NCBI GenBank assembly: GCA_030141605.1
Contig: JAQGDQ010001990.1
Location: forward strand, 1 to 18,506
DNA from: Tubiluchus corallicola
Taxonomy: Eukaryota > Animalia > Priapulida
Length of the DNA stretch: 18,506 nucleotides
Reading direction: 5' to 3'
Shown: positions 11,598-18,506 of the stretch, piece after piece
How positions within the stretch are numbered: the stretch's first letter is position 1
How the letters are laid out: every line of letters begins with the position of its first letter
The notes under the pieces: model-generated
The model's database searches: none
Seen by the model: the letters and a program-made list of their open reading frames with translations, nothing else
Told to the model about the DNA's origin: nothing
Made by a program: the position numbers and the translations under genes

Positions 11598-11906
11598 CAT
11601 CATCATTATCATGATCGTCATCATCATCATTGTCGTCATCATCATCATCATCATCGACGCCACCACCACCGCCATCGCCAACACCATGGTCTTCCTCCTC
11701 CTCCTCCTCCTCCTCCTTCTCCTCCTTCTCCTCCTTATCATCCTCATCCTCCTCCTCCTCCTCCTCCTCATCATCATCATCATCCTCATCTTCATCTTCA
11801 CCATCGTCCTCCTCCTCTTTCTTCTCATCATCATCATCAACAACAACACCATCATCGTTACCATCACTAGCAGTAGAGCAACAACAACAGAACAGAATAA
11901 TAATAG
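11598..11906. repeat. Compound trinucleotide repeat (CAT/CGT/CAC/CCT/CAA/TAA)
   Basis: In-phase triplet runs read directly. Confidence 0.95.
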
Positions 11907-12001
11907 CTAAAACTGCTGCCAAACAATTGTGCTAACAGGATGGTCCAATTACATGACCTTATCCTATCAATGAAGAAATTTTTCGGCTTGAATTTGTCAC
12001 A

Positions 12002-12115
12002 GAAAAGAGAGAGAGGGGGGAGAGAAAGAGAGAGACAGAGAGAGAGAGAGGAGAGAGAGAGGAGAGAGATAGAGAGAGAGAGGAGAGAGAGAGGAGAGAG
12101 AGGAGAGAGAGAAAG

Positions 12116-12146
<31 letters not shown>

Positions 12147-12162
12147 TAGAGAGAGAGAGAGT

Positions 12163-12195
<33 letters not shown>

Positions 12196-12215
12196 GAGAG
12201 AGAGAGAGAGAGAGA
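12002..12215. repeat. Imperfect (GA)n microsatellite
   Basis: Read directly; TCACA lies at 11997-12001 and at 12216-12220. Confidence 0.97.
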
Positions 12216-12844
12216 TCACATATCATTAATAAGGCAAAGAGTTCATGATTTCGGTAACTGAAAAATAACAATTTTGAATGGCTTAGAATGAATTTATAAA
12301 TCACTTGATAATAGCCAATTTAACATCATCAAGTTGCTTAAAAATCTCTTAACTTATCACTAGTTAAATGCGATGTTGCTAAATTTTGTATTAAGTACGC
12401 CTTCAAGGGTTGAACCACAAATAAATTATTCAATCTTCTAAAACAGCTACGAGTTATTTTCAGATTGCAGTCTAATAAAAAATTTAGGAACCATACGGCA
12501 AATTTTAAATGCAGTATTATATAGTAAGTGAGTTCCTATAGATTTTCTGGAAGGCATTCATAGCAAAAAGTCTCACTAATGCAGATTCTACAAAAAATCA
12601 AAGCAGGCAGACGATCGCCTTTTTGTCATCTGTTCTTACTGACATCTGTGAAATCTGCGGACTTGCTTAAGAAATTGCAATTAATTTGATGGCAGACTTT
12701 GTTAAGGAAGATGCTGATGGATGTTTGGTAACAAATCAGGATTAAATGCTTGGGCTTGGTACACAAATGCTCTGCAGCTGAACTACTTGTCTTCATAATC
12801 TGTTTGGAGGGCTTGTAAAAACTAGTGGTTCTAAGCTTCAGAGA

Positions 12845-13320
12845 TAAATTATGGAGATCCGAATCCACAGGCGAATTTGAAAAGACAAAACAATGCTAGC
12901 AGTCAACTCCGTGGAGAAGGAACCGCAGGATGTGAACTCGACTCAGATCACTTAAACCATGGAACAATCTAACTGTGCACTGCCATACAAAACGAAATTT
13001 AAAGGCCAATGTCCGTCAAGGTAGTAAATCTTTGTCATTTGGGTTAGGTAGTAGGTAGCTAGTTCCTTTTGTAGAGCATATTACCTGTTAGTGACAAAGG
13101 TGTTTTTGGACTTTTTTACTGAAATGATTATTTTACGAGCACCATATTACTCTGCTAACTTGACGGACATGGGCCTAATGGCAGTGCACAATTAGATTGT
13201 TCCATGGTTTAACTGAACTGAGTCGGGTTCACATCCTACGGTTCCTTCTCCAATGACTTACTGTTAGGGCATTGTCCTTTCTTTTCAAATTCGCCTTTGG
13301 ATTCGGATCTCCATAATTTA
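12845..13320. mobile_element. Foldback/MITE-like element with long inverted arms
   Basis: 12845-13020 is the diverged reverse complement of 13159-13320 (TAAATTATGGAGATCCGAATCC... / ...GGATTCGGATCTCCATAATTTA). There is TA at both ends and a ~138-bp spacer. Confidence 0.88.
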
Positions 13321-13473
13321 AAGGAATTTTCACATACTATCCCCAATTTTCATCTTTTTGTCATCTGTTATAGGTTCCAAATCACTTTGCCTGTAACTTT
13401 TCCCATATTTCCTTGGTCTACGTGCAGAATTTAGTTAGCATGTAAATGAACTTTTAACCTTAGTTCAAAAAAC

Positions 13474-13518
13474 CTCAATGCATTCTTTCTCAATGCATTC
13501 TTTCTCAATGCATTCTTT
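13474..13518. repeat. 15-bp tandem repeat, 3 perfect copies
   Basis: CTCAATGCATTCTTT x3. Confidence 0.95.
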
Positions 13519-15999
13519 TTAGAAAGACTCAAATATTTGTTTCGTTTTTTGTTTGTTTGTTATTTTTGAGCGAGTTTTTGTGCAAAAAAATGTAGCCTCG
13601 GTTTGCCGTTGTTAGCTGTAAACTACGCAACTCGCGGGTATTAAACGCGTACTAAAAAGTACGTTATTTAAATTAGTATCTTAGTTGTTTATTTAGCGCG
13701 AAATAAATTATCATTTCAATGAATTTTTCAGCTCTATAAAATCAGCAAGTTACTATTTTGTCACTACTAAAATTATCGCTGAATTATATCGCTTCATGAT
13801 AAATATGTAAATATTGTTTTTCAAATTTTTTGAGGTTAACAATTAGAATATGCTTGATAGTATAAACACGCGCAGCTGCTTGTTCTTGAGCGTGATTCAA
13901 GAGTCGGGGAGCTTATTCTTTGATTGTATTAATGTATATTCTGGACTGCCATCCGCTCGTAGCGCGCTTGCTGCCATTTTGCGCTTGCAATTTTTTTCAA
14001 GTTAATTCGTGTTTTACTAAAATATTGAACAATTCTGTTTTCAAATGCTTGTAATACATTTCTTGACGAACAAAGTGATGATTGTGGTGCAGTGACAAAG
14101 AGTATAATCAACAATATTTAAATTGCTTGAATCAGGAAATGTTAGGTTTCATGCCTAATGAGAAATATGTTAGTACTGATTAATTAATTAGTCAATTAAT
14201 TACTATAGCGGAGGCAGGACGGACGGCACCGCGGCCCACACCGTGCTGCATGTCTTAATTATGTCATTCAACGCCTCACCCATAAACAAAAGTTGAATAA
14301 TAAGAGTCAATCGAAATGAAAATTTATTATTGAATATTACACTTTAAATAAGGAACGACCAGCTTACCTACAGGAACAGAGTTTGCGAGAAAAGCCTGAG
14401 AAATGTGAACAGGGCTGCACATGCTACGAAAGACACGACCACTGACAAGGGTCTACAGCAGACCTTCCCTTTTCATAAGCTCAGGTGTGCACGTGACTAG
14501 TTGAATTTACTAACACAAGGTCAAAAAACGAGTCTGTGCTAGATAAAGCCACGTTCACATGCACACCCGAGAAGTCTACTGTATTCCCCTGCCAGCATTA
14601 CATTTCATTTTATTACAGCTCTGTAATACAATACGATTGGGCAGTATAAATGTTGTTATTAACTAAAATAAAGCTGTTTTACGTACAATCACTGTTGCAA
14701 TACGTGTACTTACCCCGCTCATAATATGATATACACTTCACTATGTTACTTTGACAAAAGTCATCATCCTGTTCTTAGCTAGTGCAGCGAAGGCTTCAGT
14801 GCTTCGCGCATTTAATTTGTCTCTCTCGCGTAGCTTACAAACGTTGAGACGGTTTACCAATAAATAATGACAAAGAGCGGCAATCTGCATTTAAAAAGAC
14901 TTCAAGAATTAGAGACGATCCTGCTATACAATCTCACAGCACCACATCTGTCTCACACCAGCTGTATTAGTCAACTTTCCATAAATAGCAATACATCACG
15001 CTTCGATCAGTTATCGTGGTCTCTGATAGGAATCGTTTTACGGTAATCGAAGCCCGAAACGCCACGAGGCAACAAACTTAATCTCAAGCGGGAATCTCTT
15101 TATATTCGGCTGGATTCCCTGCGCTCATCTCTTCCTCGGTGACGCATTGCCAGTAAACAAACAGCAGAAGATTCCGAGCTGCCGCGCGTCTGCAGCAAAA
15201 CTTGGCTTCAATTACGCAAAAAATGATTTTAGACAACATGGGGGGTTCGCGGAGAGGGGCGACGCATGCACTTTGCATTTTTAATAACCCTTGTTGCATT
15301 GACGTATCGATGTAGGGCTGGTTGTTATGGAGGTGCCCCAGATTGAAGATGAATGCTTGTAAGCAAGTCGAAATGGCTTCACAACGTTGAAAGACGCGAA
15401 GCCAACGGCACTGATAAACATTGCCAGAAACAACAAATAAATGCCTGTGTACAGTGTGTATGCCAACTGTTATAGTTAAACACTCTATGAAGAAAGTGCA
15501 ATACGTAAATATTGTCGTAAACAGGGCTATGTGAACAACAGACTTCGTATAAACTGCCGTTATCTAGGGTAAACATAAGCTCCTTAAACTGATGTCGGTT
15601 TAAAATGTGTTTTACTAGTTAAAACAAGAATTAAACCTAGGAAGACTTACTTTTAAAACAATATATCGTTAATAGTAAAATTAAGTTACTGACTAACTGG
15701 TTAAAGGGTTAACAACTGCTGTTAAGCAGTGCAGACACCAAAAAATAAACAAATGAAAATATATCATCTTCTGAATTTAATATGAAAATCAATGCTACAT
15801 AATTGGCTAAGAGATTAAATGTTTAACAAGCTAAACTGCTGTTATGCAGACTAAACAACTAAACAAGGAAATTAAGATATGTAAGGCCTAAACATCGACG
15901 AAATCAATAAAAATAATTAAATAACTAAGCATTATGCAAACTGACATAATGAACCCTTTAAAATGTGTACATTTTAAAGACTAATTGGTGTGGAAGAAA

Positions 16000-17141
16000 T
16001 TAATGTAAAAAGTGAGGATGCGAATTAGGCACTTGATTGTGACAGAAGCCAACTGCTTAACTACTGCATTAGTTAGTGATGTGAGATTAATGTAAAAAGT
16101 GAGGAAGCGAATTATGAACTTGATTGTGACAGAAGCCTACTGCTTAACTACTGCATTAGTTAGTAATGTGAGATTAATGTAAAAAGTGAGGAAGCGAATT
16201 AGGAACTTGATTGTGACAGAAGCCTACTGCTTAACTACTGCATTAGTTAGTAATGTGAGATTAATGTAAAAAGTGAGGAAGTGAATTAGGAACTTGATTG
16301 TGACAGAAGCCAACTGCTTAACTACTGCATTAGTTAGTAATGTGAGATTAATGTAAAAAGTGAGGATGCGAATTAGGCACTTGATTGTGACAGAAGCCTA
16401 CTGCTTAACTACTGCATTAGTTAGTAATGTGAGATTAATGTAAAAAGTGAGGAAGTGAATTAGGAACTTGATTGTGTTAGAGAAGCCTACTGCTTAACTA
16501 CTGCATTAGTTAGTGATGTGAGATTAATGTAAAAAGTGAGGATGCGAATTAGGCACTTGATTGTGACAGAAGCCTACTGCTTAACTACTGCATTAGTTAG
16601 TAATGTGAGATTAATGTAAAAAGTGAGGAAGTGAATTAGGAACTTGATTGTGTTAGAGAAGCCTACTGCTTAACTACTGCATTAGTTAGTAATGTGAGAT
16701 TAATGTAAAAAGTGAGGAAGCGAATTAGGAACTTGATTGTGACAGAAGCCTACTGCTTAACTACTGCATTAGTTAGTAATGTGAGATTAATGTAAAAAGT
16801 GAGGAAGTGAATTAGGAACTTGATTGTGTTAGAGAAGCCTACTGCTTAACTACTGCATTAGTTAGTAATGTGAGATTAATGTAAAAAGTGAGGAAGCGAA
16901 TTAGGAACTTGATTGTGACAGAAGCCTACTGCTTAACTACTGCATTAGTTAGTGATGTGAGATTAATGTAAAAAGTGAATAACCGAATTATGAACTTGAT
17001 TGTGACAGAAGCCAACTGCTTAACTACTGCATTAGTTAGTGATGTGAGATTAATGTAAAAAGTGAGGAAGTGAATTAGGAACTTGATTGTGACAGAAGCC
17101 TACTGCTTAACTACTGCATTAGTTAGTGATGTGAGATTAAT
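16000..17141. repeat. 87-bp minisatellite, 13 copies (three are 89-bp variants)
   Basis: Unit TTAATGTAAAAAGTGAGGAAGCGAATTAGGAACTTGATTGTGACAGAAGCCTACTGCTTAACTACTGCATTAGTTAGTAATGTGAGA, highly homogeneous. Confidence 0.98.
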
Positions 17142-17724
17142 TATCTGGTTTGAAAATGAACTGAAGTCAGTAATGCCTTATGGAAAAACCGTCTTTACAC
17201 GTAAACTCAGTTTCATCCCTTTTGACTCTTTTGGCTGTTTTTAATCTCAAGAGTTTTGATGTGTGTTCGTTTCACAAGCAAACGGCTGTGTGTCAAACAA
17301 TGACCACGCTGCATAATGAAAGTTAAGTGTAGGTAGAAATCTAAAGTCTGAAATTTTGTGTGTATGAGGGCCGGCACATGTTCAACTTTTGTCTCGTTTC
17401 TTTTTCATTCGATTGCGAATGTAGTTTAAGGCTACTGGTTAGTTGTTGTAGGTAAATGATCGAAAAATTGATCGAAAAAAGTTTTACTGGAATAAAATTC
17501 TCGTGGAATAAATAATGGAATAAAAATAATAGAAAATTTGGTAAAAGTTTTTACTACCAAAGGATAGAAAAGTCGTTCCTTTAAAGTATGACACACGTAC
17601 GATTTATTCATATTCAACTATAACGTACAAAAACACGATATAGTTGTACGAAGAGAAATAAACGCGTTCTGGTGTAAACAACTCGAATACAACTCACTTA
17701 ACCTATCATAAAAAGAAGCTAAAA

Positions 17725-17823
17725 ATCCTGGATTTTTACAGGATGCAGAGTGTTCATCCTGGATTTTTACAGGATGCAGAGCGTTCATCCTGGATTTTTA
17801 CAGGATGCAGAGCGTTCATCCTG
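17725..17823. repeat. 31-bp tandem repeat, 3.2 copies, hairpin-containing
   Basis: ATCCTGGATTTTTACAGGATGCAGAGYGTTC at 17725, 17756 and 17787. Confidence 0.95.
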
Positions 17824-17990
17824 AATTACGGCACGTTTGTGACAGTTATAAGCTATAACGCTTCAGTGTTTCTGTCAATAGGATTTTGCAAGTAAAAGTA
17901 AATGTCCGTTCTCAACTGACGAACAGTGAGCACGTAGAGCAAATATGTGACAATTTGGCGAGCGCATTAGAAGATCATGGGGTTAATTAA

Positions 17991-18032
17991 TTAATATTGA
18001 CTATCAAACTGTTAATATTGACTAGCAAACTG
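17991..18032. repeat. 21-bp tandem duplication
   Basis: TTAATATTGACTAKCAAACTG x2. Confidence 0.85.
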
Positions 18033-18346
18033 TACCTCGGTTTTCTAATATTGATGTGGCATCCATCAGCTCTATATTCAGGCATAATAGTAACCAAATT
18101 GTTGTGGACTATATTCATTAGTGCCTTAAATGTTTTGCTCAACAATCACTGTTTCGTGTTGGACTGATAATATAATGTAAAATAATTATGTTAATTATAT
18201 TTCTACACTCTGCTTAATGCCATTTTAACATTTTTACGTTCGTAAATGTATCAGTGTTTTGGAGAAAATTTTGGACCAACTTACTGTGTTATTTTCCGTG
18301 CATTTACCCTGATCATAGTGCAATCATAGTTCTTGGTCAATAAATA

Positions 18347-18425
<79 letters not shown>

Positions 18426-18504
18426 TACTTACTTACTTACTTACTCCCTTACTCACTCACTCACTCACTCACTCACTCACTCACTCACTCACTCACTCAC
18501 TCAC
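18347..18504. repeat. Compound tetranucleotide microsatellite (ACTT/GCTT/ACTC), possibly the tail of a plus-strand retroelement
   Basis: Repeat read directly. It starts just after AATAAA (18339-18344) and a T-rich tract; the retroelement reading is inference only. Confidence 0.93.
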
Positions 18505-18506
18505 GC

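Noticed and set aside
12540-13435. Decayed transposase-like coding sequence on the minus strand around the foldback
   Set aside because: Only short stop-interrupted frames with no motif I can identify; BLASTx after removing 12845-13320 would be needed.
16000-17141. Coding repeat (87 bp = 29 codons)
   Set aside because: The unit is stop-rich, the ORF track shows nothing here, and the 89-bp variants break phase.
2271-17141. Shared 6-bp palindromic cores across all minisatellites
   Set aside because: Six-base palindromes are expected by chance in units of this length, and the cores differ between arrays.
17725-17823. CRISPR-like 31-bp hairpin repeats
   Set aside because: There are no spacers; this is a simple tandem triplication.

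Overview
AT-rich, repeat-dense eukaryotic DNA, most likely intronic or intergenic sequence from an invertebrate animal (inferred from repeat types). I cannot support any intact protein-coding gene, and every long ORF in the track is a translation of simple or tandem repeats. The window holds about 8 compound microsatellite or low-complexity blocks and minisatellites of 15, 17, 31, 36, ~43 and 87 bp. It also holds a putative hAT-type non-autonomous DNA transposon (5597-7546) filled by the 36-bp minisatellite, a ~476-bp foldback/MITE (12845-13320), and probable LINE, SINE and Helentron remnants. The most unusual signal is that two simple-sequence tracts look inserted rather than grown in place. 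One is an 843-bp compound microsatellite bounded by a perfect 13-bp direct repeat. The other is a 315-bp tract made only of A and C, with its own higher-order period, bounded by a duplicated rare 36-bp minisatellite unit. A few splice-like signals (near 328, 14368 and 15358) are weak hints of a host gene.
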